Shown here: positions 38,855-49,201 of the stretch, one piece after another
How positions within the stretch are numbered: the first letter of the stretch is position 1
How the letters are laid out: each line of letters begins with the position of its first letter
Origin: a virus
Reading direction: 5' to 3' (one strand)
IMG/VR virus record: IMGVR_UViG_3300028197_001024
Coordinates: 10,468 to 74,467 of that record
DNA length: 64,000 nucleotides
Translations under genes and position numbers: made by a program
The notes under the pieces: model-generated
The model's database searches: none
The model's input: the letters and a program-made list of their open reading frames with translations, nothing else
What the model was told of the DNA's origin: nothing

Positions 38855-40816
38855 ATGGCAGTTAATGGAAGAACAACAGACGCCAACGGCGATGCTATAT
38901 TAATTAGTTTACAAGAACCTTATAAAAACGTAGTAGAAGTAATAGGATATACTGATATTACTAAAGGTGAAACTACAAGCACCTTTTATAATAAACAATT
39001 TAGGTGGGGAACTGATGGTGTAACATATTCGGATTATATAACACTTTCTAATGCGAATCTAGAAGCTTTATTGCTAAATCCAAATAAACCATTTTGGGTA
39101 CAATATAGATATGAACAAGTAGGCGATGGAACTTTAGAATTCGAATCTATTGCATTAGAGTTAGTAACAGATGGTGGTGTAATTTGTAGAGTACCTCAAG
39201 TTGAGTGTGGATCTGAGGGGTGTATAGGTACTCCTAATTTAGTTGTTGACTGTTGTGGGCAAGCTTGGAATCCTTATGACTTATCTAGAGCCTCATCAAT
39301 GTATAATCAATTATCAGCTATAACATCAAACATGTTTGGTTTTTGTGTTGACTATTTTAAAACAAAAGCAGACCAAAGAAGCCGTGATGTTATCCTAAAA
39401 GAATATTCTTTATTTGATGTTATTAAAGAAGCTGAGGTTAAAATTTTAATTCCTGACAACGAACTCCCAACTAGAGAGATTCAATTTAATCCTATGATGA
39501 TGGATTTTCCGGTTCAGTTTGAAATACATATTGTTAAATCTGCATTTGAGGCTGTCTTTGGTTTAGGATCTAAACCTGAAATGAGAGACTATTTATATTT
39601 TAAAGATTATATGAATAGAATGTATGAGGTTGATGCAATCGCAGAAGCTGATGATTTTATGTATGCAGGATCTTATTGGAGGGTAAGCTTAGTACCTTAT
39701 CAAAAAAGAACTGCTGTGATGTTTGAAAATACGGCAGATAGCAAAAAGGCCGAGGCTGATACTGATGCACTAATTTCAAATGTAGAAGATAAGTTTAGAG
39801 TAGAAAGAGAAAATGAATTTAGAGACGTAATAAAAGATAATCAATATAAGACTATAGGTACACAATGTAATGATTATGTTAGAAGATCATTAGATAAGAG
39901 ATTAGTTATAAAGGAAGAAAATGTTTATAATGAATGGACAATTATTTCAAAATATCATTACAAATTATCTTCAATTAAAAATGGAAATGTTTCTATGAAA
40001 TATCAATATGAAGGAGGTTGGAAGAAAGAAGAAGACAGGGCCTTTACATTTTGGGTGAGACCTCAGTTTATAAAACCCATAGGAAACAATGTACTTATTT
40101 TATCAATTGTAAATAAAAATGGGAAGACCCAATTTAATAGTGCAAAATTACCTACATTCGGTAATGCTATATCAGTTGGCGATTGGGTAAACATAAGAGG
40201 AACAGAATCATACAATGGAATTTCTAAAGTAATTGAAGTTATAGGTGATTCAATTGTTATTGATGAAAAATACATTAATGATACCTTAACAACAAGTTCA
40301 CCTAGTTTTAATAAAGAAGCAAGCAATAATTTTATGATTTATGAAAATGATTTATTACCTCCTACTCAATATGTGTCATTTACATATACATCTAATTGGT
40401 TTATTATGAAAGTTAATGAAACCTATTATAAATGGAAAATTACAAAACCTTTTATCAATAATAAATGGTATGCTATAGTAATTAATTTAAACGCAACCGC
40501 AAGACAGTTAGGATTATTTTTATACAACACTATAGAAAATTCAACTCAGCCTAATCCAGAGATGACTGCAAATTTAAATCTAATTTATAATAACACACAA
40601 GTATATACACCAGCTGAGGTAATAGATAACAACAGTTGGAAGGTATTAGGATGTGAAACAGATTTAACTAATATAAGAATTTGGAAAAAACCAATAGAGG
40701 AAGAATTACAAGAATTAATATTAAGTCAGTATGTAGTTAAAGATACTCATCTTACTTTACTTTTAGATAATGCATCACCTGAATTAATGCTTCAAGATGT
40801 AACGGATGCCAGATAA
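38855..40816 (+). CDS. Neck protein (gp14-like core) with N- and C-terminal extensions (LamG-like)
   Basis: FGFCVDYF...DVILKEYS...KPEMRDYLYF..RMYEV resembles gp14; C-terminal KWYAIVI...TNIRIW. Confidence 0.5.
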   Translation: MAVNGRTTDANGDAILISLQEPYKNVVEVIGYTDITKGETTSTFYNKQFRWGTDGVTYSDYITLSNANLEALLLNPNKPFWVQYRYEQVGDGTLEFESIALELVTDGGVICRVPQVECGSEGCIGTPNLVVDCCGQAWNPYDLSRASSMYNQLSAITSNMFGFCVDYFKTKADQRSRDVILKEYSLFDVIKEAEVKILIPDNELPTREIQFNPMMMDFPVQFEIHIVKSAFEAVFGLGSKPEMRDYLYFKDYMNRMYEVDAIAEADDFMYAGSYWRVSLVPYQKRTAVMFENTADSKKAEADTDALISNVEDKFRVERENEFRDVIKDNQYKTIGTQCNDYVRRSLDKRLVIKEENVYNEWTIISKYHYKLSSIKNGNVSMKYQYEGGWKKEEDRAFTFWVRPQFIKPIGNNVLILSIVNKNGKTQFNSAKLPTFGNAISVGDWVNIRGTESYNGISKVIEVIGDSIVIDEKYINDTLTTSSPSFNKEASNNFMIYENDLLPPTQYVSFTYTSNWFIMKVNETYYKWKITKPFINNKWYAIVINLNATARQLGLFLYNTIENSTQPNPEMTANLNLIYNNTQVYTPAEVIDNNSWKVLGCETDLTNIRIWKKPIEEELQELILSQYVVKDTHLTLLLDNASPELMLQDVTDAR

Positions 40817-40820
40817 CCTG

Positions 40821-40830
40821 GAATATATAT
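40821..40830 (+). promoter_or_regulatory. Putative late promoter
   Basis: GAATATATAT. Confidence 0.5.
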
Positions 40831-40846
40831 TACAAATAACTTATTA

Positions 40847-41455
40847 ATGGAAGATAACTCAAAAGATAAATTTAGAGACAGTATAGGTGATTTACTTAGT
40901 GAATTACCAGATGAAGTACCAGGTTTAGATGAAACTCCAGAATTACCTAAAGTTAGGTTAGAAAGTACACAAGCAGTTGCATTAACTAAGGCAAAAGGCA
41001 AAGCTAAAAAAGTAATGTCAAGTTTACTTAAGTTTTATTTAAGTGAAGAGATTATTGCAGAGCATGAATATATTCAAGCAAAATCTAATTTAGATGAATA
41101 TGCTTTAGGAATGCTTATAAGACAAATGGAAAATAGTGAGATTGCAATTTCATCATTAATGGATATTATTAATGAAGGTGATGTTTCACCAAGAATGTTT
41201 GAGGTACTTAGTGATTTGCAAAGAACTTTATTAGATATTATTAAAAGTCAAACTATGTACATGGTGGCTATTGAAGAAAACGCCAAAAAGACTTCTAGGG
41301 ATATTGATGTTTATCATGGAAATTCAGAGAGCAGTAGCAATAAAAAACAAAGCGGTGTTAAGTCAAGAGGTACTAAAGATTTAATGAGAGCATTACAAGA
41401 AACAATTAACGAAGAAGATATACAAGATGTCGATAGTGATGAAAATGAAGAATGA
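40847..41455 (+). CDS. Terminase small subunit (gp16-like)
   Basis: SPRMFEVL and RGTKDLM motifs; upstream of the large terminase. Confidence 0.65.
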   Translation: MEDNSKDKFRDSIGDLLSELPDEVPGLDETPELPKVRLESTQAVALTKAKGKAKKVMSSLLKFYLSEEIIAEHEYIQAKSNLDEYALGMLIRQMENSEIAISSLMDIINEGDVSPRMFEVLSDLQRTLLDIIKSQTMYMVAIEENAKKTSRDIDVYHGNSESSSNKKQSGVKSRGTKDLMRALQETINEEDIQDVDSDENEE

Positions 41456-41714
41456 TTACATTCTTACACAGGAAATAGAGCAAGGAGAAAGAATAACTGA
41501 TAGTGGATTAATTATTCCTGAAGAAAAATATAATAGGATAGCTTTAGTAATTGAGGCATCCAATAACCTTGAGGTAAAGAAAGGTGATAAAATAGTAAAA
41601 ACAATAGGCAAGGGTACTGAATACACGTTTGATGGAAATAAGTTTGAAATCCTTCATATAAATCATATTCTTGCTGTAATAGAAGAAGATGGCACAGAAA
41701 CCACAAGCACCTAG
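41427..41714 (+). CDS. groES: GroES-like co-chaperonin
   Basis: TDSGLIIP mobile loop, VKKGDKI, GTEYTFDG, ILAVIE; exact start uncertain. Confidence 0.8.
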   Translation: MSIVMKMKNDYILTQEIEQGERITDSGLIIPEEKYNRIALVIEASNNLEVKKGDKIVKTIGKGTEYTFDGNKFEILHINHILAVIEEDGTETTST

Positions 41715-43506
41715 CGCAGGATTTGATTTTAATGTTGGTAAAGCTAAACAAGCATTTTCATGGTCAAGTGAAAGTGTGGAACAGTTAATGTTTGCAATAG
41801 AAGAAGGCTATAAACCTGCTTCTACTCCATTCTATGAAGGTAATCCTAATTTAAGAAAAGGTAATATTGTATTTAATTATTCTTCTGAAGAAATAAAAGA
41901 AATTAAAAAGTGTGCAAAAGATATTGTATACTTTGCAAATACATATTGTACTGTAATGACCGATCATGGTTTACAGACAATTAATTTAAGACCTTATCAG
42001 GAAGATATGTTAAGGCAATTTCAAGCAGAAAGATTTAATGTATGTTTAGCAAGTAGACAAGTAGGTAAAACAATTTGCTCATCTATTTTTATTGCTTGGT
42101 ATTCATTATTTAATTTTGATAAGAATTCTTTAATACTTTCAAACAAAGGCGCAACTACAAGAGAAATTATTGATAAAGGTAAAACTATATTAGAGCATCT
42201 ACCTTTCTTTTTAAAACCTGGTACACTTAAATGGGATGTATTTAATTCTAAGTTTGATAACGGTTGTAGAATAATTGGTCAGACAACTACAAAGAAAGCA
42301 GCAATCGGTTTTACTATTCATTTATTATTTATGGATGAGTTTGCGCATATACCTGCAAACTTTGTTGATACTTTTTATGAAAACGTGTATCCAACGGTAT
42401 CCGCATCAACAAACTCAAAAGTAATAATAACAAGTACACCTAATGGCTTTAATAAATTCTATGACATATATACTGCTGCTGATAAAGGATTAAGTGAATA
42501 TACACCATTCCGAGTTGATTGGTGGGATGTACCTGGAAGAGATGACGCATGGATGAAGCAAGAAGTTGCTAACTTAGGTAGTGATGAAGCATTCAATAGA
42601 CAATATGGAAATCAGTTTATAGCAGGATCATCATTACTATTAGGTGCTGATAGCCTTAAAAAATTAACAACAAATCAAATAGATTTTGTACATAGAGAAG
42701 TAATTGAGTTTGAAGATGAGCAAGTAGATTATTCTGGTTTACTATGGGATCCTAGTTTTAATTTAGATGATGCTGAAGAAGATGAAAATTACTGGTGTTT
42801 TTCTGTTGATATTGCTGAAGGTACTGGTGGTGATTATTCTATTATAAATATCTTTAAGATAGAACTTATGGATGAAGCAGATTGGAAAAAGGTTACATCC
42901 CCAGGTAGCTTTATTGATTTTTATAGAATTAGACAGGTTGGAAGATTTAGAAGCAATGACCATACTATTGAAGAATTTGCAAAAGCTCTTTATATTTTAG
43001 CTTATGATGTTTTTTACTCTGAAAATGTAAAACTAATTATTGAGTGGAATTTATTTGGGGGTGAATTAATAAAAAGAATGGAAACCGTATTTCCGCAGAG
43101 AAATGATTTTGATGAAGAATCTGTTGTAAAGTTTAAGCACCGAATAGATGCTAAAACAAAACAATTTGGTTTAAAGGTTAAAAAAGATAACAAACCTATA
43201 TTTTGTCAAAACTTTAAAAAATATATTACACAAAATAGAATTATATTAAAAGATAAGCAAACCGTTTATGAAGCAGCAACATTTGGTAAGTTACCGAATG
43301 GCACATATGCTGGGCAATTAGGTCATGATGATCTAATAATGACATGCATAAATAGTTCTGAATTCTTTTTTACATTAGACTTTTCCGATTTTGCTGAAGA
43401 GATTCATGATGTGGCTGAGCAGAATGTTCAAGATAAAATTGATACTATCTTAGAGCAAGATGCAAAAGGAGGCCAGCTGAATTTTGATATCTATGACTTA
43501 GTATAA
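41689..43506 (+). CDS. gp17: Terminase large subunit (gp17)
   Basis: LRPYQ, SRQVGKT, DEFAH, TSTPNG, SVDIAEG, HDDLIM. Confidence 0.95.
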   Translation: MAQKPQAPSAGFDFNVGKAKQAFSWSSESVEQLMFAIEEGYKPASTPFYEGNPNLRKGNIVFNYSSEEIKEIKKCAKDIVYFANTYCTVMTDHGLQTINLRPYQEDMLRQFQAERFNVCLASRQVGKTICSSIFIAWYSLFNFDKNSLILSNKGATTREIIDKGKTILEHLPFFLKPGTLKWDVFNSKFDNGCRIIGQTTTKKAAIGFTIHLLFMDEFAHIPANFVDTFYENVYPTVSASTNSKVIITSTPNGFNKFYDIYTAADKGLSEYTPFRVDWWDVPGRDDAWMKQEVANLGSDEAFNRQYGNQFIAGSSLLLGADSLKKLTTNQIDFVHREVIEFEDEQVDYSGLLWDPSFNLDDAEEDENYWCFSVDIAEGTGGDYSIINIFKIELMDEADWKKVTSPGSFIDFYRIRQVGRFRSNDHTIEEFAKALYILAYDVFYSENVKLIIEWNLFGGELIKRMETVFPQRNDFDEESVVKFKHRIDAKTKQFGLKVKKDNKPIFCQNFKKYITQNRIILKDKQTVYEAATFGKLPNGTYAGQLGHDDLIMTCINSSEFFFTLDFSDFAEEIHDVAEQNVQDKIDTILEQDAKGGQLNFDIYDLV

Positions 43507-43522
43507 AAAGTTACAGGTAGTT

Positions 43523-43532
43523 GGATATATAA
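43523..43532 (+). promoter_or_regulatory. Putative late promoter
   Basis: GGATATATAA. Confidence 0.55.
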
Positions 43533-43560
43533 AAAAAGCAAATAAAAAAAATAATATAAG

Positions 43561-46500
43561 ATGGCACTAGATCCGAAAATCGCTTCGATTAAAGCAGCAG
43601 GTACTTACAGATTTGAATTTGATAAATCTCAAGTAGTTAGTATTCCTGCTAATCAGACAAGATTAATTGTCGGTTTCTCTAAAACAGGTCCTTTTAATAC
43701 TCCGGTATTTGTACCTGACACCTCATTCTTTAAACAAGTATATGGTGATATTGACAGAAACTTAGAAAGAAAGGACTCATTTTTCCACAGAAGCTGTTTA
43801 GCTGCATTGGAAAGAGGACCAATTCTTGCACTTAATCTATTAAACTTAACAGCTGCCGATAAGGTAGAGTATATTAAATTTGGTACAGCAGCAACGCCTG
43901 AAGTTCAGGATAATGCTGGAGCCTTAGGAGAATATCAAAAAATGTACAACAGAGATAAATTCTTTTATCCTGATTCAGATTCATTCTTAGACAATGTAGG
44001 TGCAAATAAATTACAATTTAGTTCTTCAACTACTAATGATTTATTGGACTTTACTAATTTAGGACAAAATCCCGTTTCAGTTATTGTAAGAAAAGCATCA
44101 GCTGCAAACTCTACCGGTTTTAATGTAACCGCAGAACAATGGTATGGTGCTGCAAATGTACCAGGTTATTTAAATAAAGATAGTTTAGTATCTGACTTCT
44201 TAGTAGATGTATTTTTAATAGACGGAAACTTTGGTGGAGATTTTTCTTCGGCAACTCCTTATGAAAGGTTTGTAGCAGATCCAATATTCCAAACATATTT
44301 TGATAAGACACAAGGATTAAAAAGAAAATTCTTTGATGCTGATTCAACTGATACTAAAATTGCTGAATTCTTTAATGAATCAGAAGTTAATGTAATTGCA
44401 ACTTATACTGCATCATTGCTTCCTAACTTTACAGATTTATTAGGTAATAACCTTTTCGTGGAAAAAGTTATTAATGCTGATACGGCAAGTACAGGTATAT
44501 TCGTCGCAGTAAATGAAGATTTATTTGATGGTGATACATTAATTGATGGTGTTGCAGGTGGAATTGATTTAATAGGTCATAACCTTGAATATACTCAAGC
44601 TACTTCAATCCAAGATGATGTTAGATTCTTATCTTATGGTGGATCTATTGTATCTGACTTAAGTTATGCAGGTACTGGGGTAACTCCTAATACTACAACA
44701 CAAACTACAGAGCTTATTTCATCAACAACAGTAACAAGCGGAGAAATCCAAATACAAGTTCAGGGTACTGCAGGTGATGCGTTATTTGATGCATTCTCTA
44801 CCTTTACCCCAAATTCTGCCACAGCGGTAGGAACTTATATACTTGTAGCAGGTAAAGGATATGTTCCAGTAACATCTGTTCAAATTATAGGTAATACTGT
44901 TACCTTATTATTATCGGATGCAGGTGGTGTAATAGATACAGACTTTCCAACTGCGGCTGCAACTTATACTTATATAAATGAAGCTGACTTTGGTTTTGTA
45001 ACTGATCAAGTACCAGTTGCTGACTCTGCCAGTTCAAATATTATAGGTGGATATGGTTCAGCATTATATAGTCAATTTGCAAACGGTACTTTAACCGATG
45101 GTGATGAAGCTGTATTTGTAGATTCATTTGGAACTCAATATTCTTCATGGTTAGTATTTAATGCTATAAACTATGGATTCGTTCATACTGCTAATCCAAC
45201 AACATTAGGAACTACAATTGCTATAACAGATCCAGATTACTATTTACCATCTGTTGCTGTTACTCCTTATGAGGAAGATGCATTTAATAATGTAACACCA
45301 CATAGTGAATTTAATTTAGGTCCAAATGGAACATTTTTAAATTCTGATGCCGTTGCATATGCTAATGGAATATTTGGAATTCAAACACTAAAAGGTGCAA
45401 ATAATGTTTCTATAGATATTATTTCAGATTCATTAACTGAAACTGGATTAAAACCTAACCAAGTATTAATAGCATCTGATAATCCTGATGCTGCTGATGT
45501 TAAGGTTGGAAATTATTTAGTACATTTTGAAGGTGATGTTAATACCCCACACTCAAGGTTAACAAGAATTAATGTTGTACAAGGTGGATTAACAAATGCT
45601 GAATATAGTACTATTCCTGGAAACAAAACTGCACTGTTAGTAACATGTCAAAGTGAAATATCAACAACAACTGCTGCAGGTATTGTTAAAGTAGAATTAT
45701 ACTACCCAATAGATGCATGGGTTGATTACTTAAATGTATTTACATTAGATGGTTTTAAATTAACTGCTAATCATGTACCTAATGGAACTAATGATAGACA
45801 AGTTGAAATCTTAAATGGTACTTTAAATGGAACTAATTTATTTAAAGCATTAACTGATAGAGATGTAATTAACTTTAGATATATTGTAGATACATTCGGA
45901 AACGGTATTGAAAGTGGATCTAAAAACATCTATACAGTATTAGCTTCTACTAGAAAGAATGCATTCGCAATACTGAATGCTCCATCTGCTAAAGACTTTA
46001 AGAGTAATTTAGATCCAACGTTTAAAGATCTAACTGGAAGTTTATCATCTAAGTTTATATCTGAAGGTGGTGATCTTGCAAAGAATCCAACAATAAGATA
46101 CTCATTACCTTCACCAACACAAGGTGCAAGTTTCGGAGCATTCTATTATCCGTTTATTACTGTTAGGGATTTAGGAAGAAATATAAATGTTGTACCAGCT
46201 GCATACGTTTCAAATAACTTTATTGCAAAATATGAAAACGCTTTACCGTGGTCATTAGTTGCAGGAGTTCGTAGAGGTGTTGTAGGTGGAACAGGAGTTG
46301 TAGGATTAGAGATTAATCTTGGAAAAGAGGACAGAGAATTCTTAGAACCATTTGGATTAAATCCAATTGTATTCCAAAGTGGAACTGGTCCAACAATCTT
46401 TGCAAATAAAACTGCACAGCAGGTTACAAAATCTGCTTTAAGTTCTATTAACTGTAGAGAGGTTGTAATTTACATCCAAGATGGTATTGAAGCAATTCTT

Positions 46501-46767
46501 AAAAACTATCTATTCGAATTTAATACAGCACAAACTAGATTAGAAATTAAAACACTTGCTGACAATTTCTTAGCAACGGTTCAAAATGATGATGGTGTTT
46601 ATGATTATAAAAACGTAATGGATGAAACTAATAATACACCAGAAGTTATTGATCAAAATGTAGGTATCTTAGATACATATATTGAACCAGTAAGAGGAAT
46701 GGAAATTCTCGTACAGAGAACTACAATTCTTAAGACAGGTGCTATTAGTGCAGGAAATTTTGAATAA
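43561..46767 (+). CDS. gp18: Contractile tail sheath protein (gp18-like, with large insertions)
   Basis: GFSKTGPFNTPV, PWSLVAGVRRG, NPIVF, SALSSINCRE, FEFNT, NNTPEVID. Confidence 0.92.
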   Translation: MALDPKIASIKAAGTYRFEFDKSQVVSIPANQTRLIVGFSKTGPFNTPVFVPDTSFFKQVYGDIDRNLERKDSFFHRSCLAALERGPILALNLLNLTAADKVEYIKFGTAATPEVQDNAGALGEYQKMYNRDKFFYPDSDSFLDNVGANKLQFSSSTTNDLLDFTNLGQNPVSVIVRKASAANSTGFNVTAEQWYGAANVPGYLNKDSLVSDFLVDVFLIDGNFGGDFSSATPYERFVADPIFQTYFDKTQGLKRKFFDADSTDTKIAEFFNESEVNVIATYTASLLPNFTDLLGNNLFVEKVINADTASTGIFVAVNEDLFDGDTLIDGVAGGIDLIGHNLEYTQATSIQDDVRFLSYGGSIVSDLSYAGTGVTPNTTTQTTELISSTTVTSGEIQIQVQGTAGDALFDAFSTFTPNSATAVGTYILVAGKGYVPVTSVQIIGNTVTLLLSDAGGVIDTDFPTAAATYTYINEADFGFVTDQVPVADSASSNIIGGYGSALYSQFANGTLTDGDEAVFVDSFGTQYSSWLVFNAINYGFVHTANPTTLGTTIAITDPDYYLPSVAVTPYEEDAFNNVTPHSEFNLGPNGTFLNSDAVAYANGIFGIQTLKGANNVSIDIISDSLTETGLKPNQVLIASDNPDAADVKVGNYLVHFEGDVNTPHSRLTRINVVQGGLTNAEYSTIPGNKTALLVTCQSEISTTTAAGIVKVELYYPIDAWVDYLNVFTLDGFKLTANHVPNGTNDRQVEILNGTLNGTNLFKALTDRDVINFRYIVDTFGNGIESGSKNIYTVLASTRKNAFAILNAPSAKDFKSNLDPTFKDLTGSLSSKFISEGGDLAKNPTIRYSLPSPTQGASFGAFYYPFITVRDLGRNINVVPAAYVSNNFIAKYENALPWSLVAGVRRGVVGGTGVVGLEINLGKEDREFLEPFGLNPIVFQSGTGPTIFANKTAQQVTKSALSSINCREVVIYIQDGIEAILKNYLFEFNTAQTRLEIKTLADNFLATVQNDDGVYDYKNVMDETNNTPEVIDQNVGILDTYIEPVRGMEILVQRTTILKTGAISAGNFE

Positions 46768-46782
46768 GAGAAAACTAAAAGA

Positions 46783-46792
46783 GAATATATAA
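46783..46792 (+). promoter_or_regulatory. Putative late promoter
   Basis: GAATATATAA. Confidence 0.6.
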
Positions 46793-46807
46793 AAAAAATA
46801 AAATAAT

Positions 46808-47362
46808 ATGCCACTACCACATTATACCCAATCAAGGGCCAGTAGCCAAAGGTACGAACCTGTTCAGCCTAACCTATTCGAGGTGACTGTATTTTCACCA
46901 TTAGGAGATGATACGGGTTTAATCTTGGAGCAAGTTAAAACTATCGGGGGTTTAAATAACTTAAATCCTGCTGTAGATGCAATAGGACAGAAATATAAAT
47001 TTGCTGACCGTTCATTTGCAAGTATGCCAGCTTCCACAGTTATGGATCTGACTGTTAACTTTAGTCTTAACTTAAATGAAGCTAACGAAAATTACATTTA
47101 CAATACATTCCGTAATTGGTATAAATTAATCTATGATCCATTGACTGGTGAAATGGGATTAAAGAAAGACTATGTTGGAAGTATGATCATTGTACAATAT
47201 AACAGAGCAGGTGATGTTTTCAGAAAGATCACATGTAAAGATGTATTCCCTACAGGTCAACCTGATTTTGTAGATGAATTAAGTTATGAAACTCCAGACG
47301 CAGTTGATTTAACAATGACTTATCGTTGTGATCACTGGGTTGAAGAAAATGTAGGAGCATAA
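46808..47362 (+). CDS. gp19: Tail tube protein (gp19-like)
   Basis: PNLFEV, FRNW, DYVG, QYNRAG, VFPT; follows the sheath gene. Confidence 0.8.
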   Translation: MPLPHYTQSRASSQRYEPVQPNLFEVTVFSPLGDDTGLILEQVKTIGGLNNLNPAVDAIGQKYKFADRSFASMPASTVMDLTVNFSLNLNEANENYIYNTFRNWYKLIYDPLTGEMGLKKDYVGSMIIVQYNRAGDVFRKITCKDVFPTGQPDFVDELSYETPDAVDLTMTYRCDHWVEENVGA

Positions 47363-47383
47363 TAAACTCTTAAATATTTTTAT

Positions 47384-47411
47384 AAAAACTGGCTTTAGGG
47401 CCAGTTTTTTT
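47384..47411 (+). terminator. Rho-independent terminator
   Basis: AAAAACTGGC-tttagg-GCCAGTTTTTTT. Confidence 0.8.
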
Positions 47412-47454
47412 GTCTTCACTCTAATATATATTATAAATTATATAATCTAAACAT

Positions 47455-47925
47455 ATGACAATCTTTAAAGTAATTAATGAAACAGATGGAAAGGTTTATG
47501 TAGGTTATTCGATTAATGATAATCCTAATAATTTAGGGGCAGGTAAATATATTAAAAGAGCAGTTAAAGATTTTGGAACAAGATCTTTTCAAAAAACTAT
47601 TCTTGAAGAATTTGAATCTGAAGAATCATTAAGCCATATAATGGAAAGGCTAGAATTTTGGATAAAAAATTATAAAGCTGATAATCCTAAATATGGATAT
47701 AACGAAAGCGTACAGGAATTAATTCCACAAAAAAAGAGACTTACAAAAAAATTACAAGTACTCTTAACACCAGAAGATGAAGATAATTTAAATGCAATTA
47801 TCATTGAAAAATCAATGGAAAATAAATCAAAACCGTTGCCTGTATCCAGGTATGTAAGACAATTAATTGTCGAGCATATAGTAGAGGAAACAGCACCTGA
47901 AAAACAATTAATAAAAACTAAATAA
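47455..47925 (+). CDS. Degenerate GIY-YIG (Seg-like) domain fused to a ribbon-helix-helix-like domain
   Basis: TIFKV..GKVYVG, LGAG, GYN; C-terminal KLQVLLT...VSRYVRQLI. Confidence 0.6.
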   Translation: MTIFKVINETDGKVYVGYSINDNPNNLGAGKYIKRAVKDFGTRSFQKTILEEFESEESLSHIMERLEFWIKNYKADNPKYGYNESVQELIPQKKRLTKKLQVLLTPEDEDNLNAIIIEKSMENKSKPLPVSRYVRQLIVEHIVEETAPEKQLIKTK

Positions 47926-47927
47926 TT

Positions 47928-48935
47928 ATGAGTAGTCACGAAGACAACATTAAGAAAGAATTTGAGGCGGCTGAAGGTATAGTAGATACTAAGGCTGAAG
48001 TAAAAACAACAAATGCCGATGGTAAAATTACCGACTTAGGCAAGGTAGATACTAGTAGAGGTTCTGGTGTAACATCAATAGATGATCCAGAAATACAAAG
48101 AATACAATCTTTGACTGGTTATGTTAAATTAGATTTATCAATTTTTCCATCAGGTGGACAATTTTATAGAGAAGATTTTGAAATTCATATCAGAGCCGCA
48201 AGAGTTGGTGAGATTAGAGAATTTTCTACATTAGATGAAGAAAACATTTTAGATGTGGATGAAAAGCTAAACTCACTTCTAGTGAACTGTACAAAAATTA
48301 TGTATGGTAACCAAAGAGGATCGTATAGAGATGTATTAGAAGAAGATAGAATATATCTAATCCTATCTATTAGGGAACTAACCTTTAAGGATGGTGAAAA
48401 TAAACTGATGATGCCAGTTGGAAAAAAGAATTGTAAAACAGGAACTTGTAAATCACAAGAATCCGTCGAACTTAGAACAGGTAATCTTCAATTTAATGAT
48501 AAAGATGATTTATTAGAAAAGTATTATGATTATGAAAATAAATGTTTTACTATTCCAACTAAAAGTCATGGATCATTAACTATTGCACCACCAACAATTG
48601 GTGTAATGAGAGCTATTACAGATTGGATACGAAAAAGAGAAGAAGAAAATAAACCTTGGGATAAATCATCACTAGGTATTTTACCTTACATTCAAAGAGA
48701 ATGGCGAGGATTTAATGATAAAGAAATATTTTCAGCCATTACAAATTTTCAAGGTTGGGATGCTAGCAAATTTTCAGTTATTTATAGATTAGTTGAAAAA
48801 GCAAAAATAGGAGTAAAGCCGGAATTTGCATTTCCGTGTGAAAGCTGTGGTGAGGAGGTCGCAGTCCCGCTCACGTTTCCCGGCGGGATCAAAGCTCTCT
48901 TTATTATTCAAGATATCTCTTCTGAACTTTTATAA
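47928..48935 (+). CDS. Baseplate hub / tail assembly chaperone (gp26/gp51-like)
   Basis: FPSGGQFY, EEDRIYLILSIR, PPTIG, CESCG zinc pair; between the tube and tape measure genes. Confidence 0.6.
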   Translation: MSSHEDNIKKEFEAAEGIVDTKAEVKTTNADGKITDLGKVDTSRGSGVTSIDDPEIQRIQSLTGYVKLDLSIFPSGGQFYREDFEIHIRAARVGEIREFSTLDEENILDVDEKLNSLLVNCTKIMYGNQRGSYRDVLEEDRIYLILSIRELTFKDGENKLMMPVGKKNCKTGTCKSQESVELRTGNLQFNDKDDLLEKYYDYENKCFTIPTKSHGSLTIAPPTIGVMRAITDWIRKREEENKPWDKSSLGILPYIQREWRGFNDKEIFSAITNFQGWDASKFSVIYRLVEKAKIGVKPEFAFPCESCGEEVAVPLTFPGGIKALFIIQDISSELL

Positions 48936-49185
48936 AGTACGAGTACTATTATTAGAAAAGTTGCATCTCCAGCCTTCAGAGCTGGATTTGCTTCCTTTCT
49001 ATGAGTATGAATATACTTTAGAAATGTTTAATGAGATTCTCAAGGATCGTAACGACGAGGATAAACAGAATACTCAATCCTATTCGGATAAATATAATAC
49101 GGACAGCATGTCTAAGTCTATGAATAAACAGATGAGCTCATTTAAAACTCCATCTATGCCAAAGATTAGTATGCCGAAGTTCTGA
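48879..49185 (+). CDS. Downstream tail-chaperone segment in the +1 frame, probably reached by frameshift; boundary approximate
   Basis: LLNFYKVRVLLLEKLHLQPSELDLLPFYEYE resembles small T4-like hub-assembly proteins; no suitable own start. Confidence 0.5.
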
Positions 49186-49201
49186 TAAATAAATAGATTG
49201 A

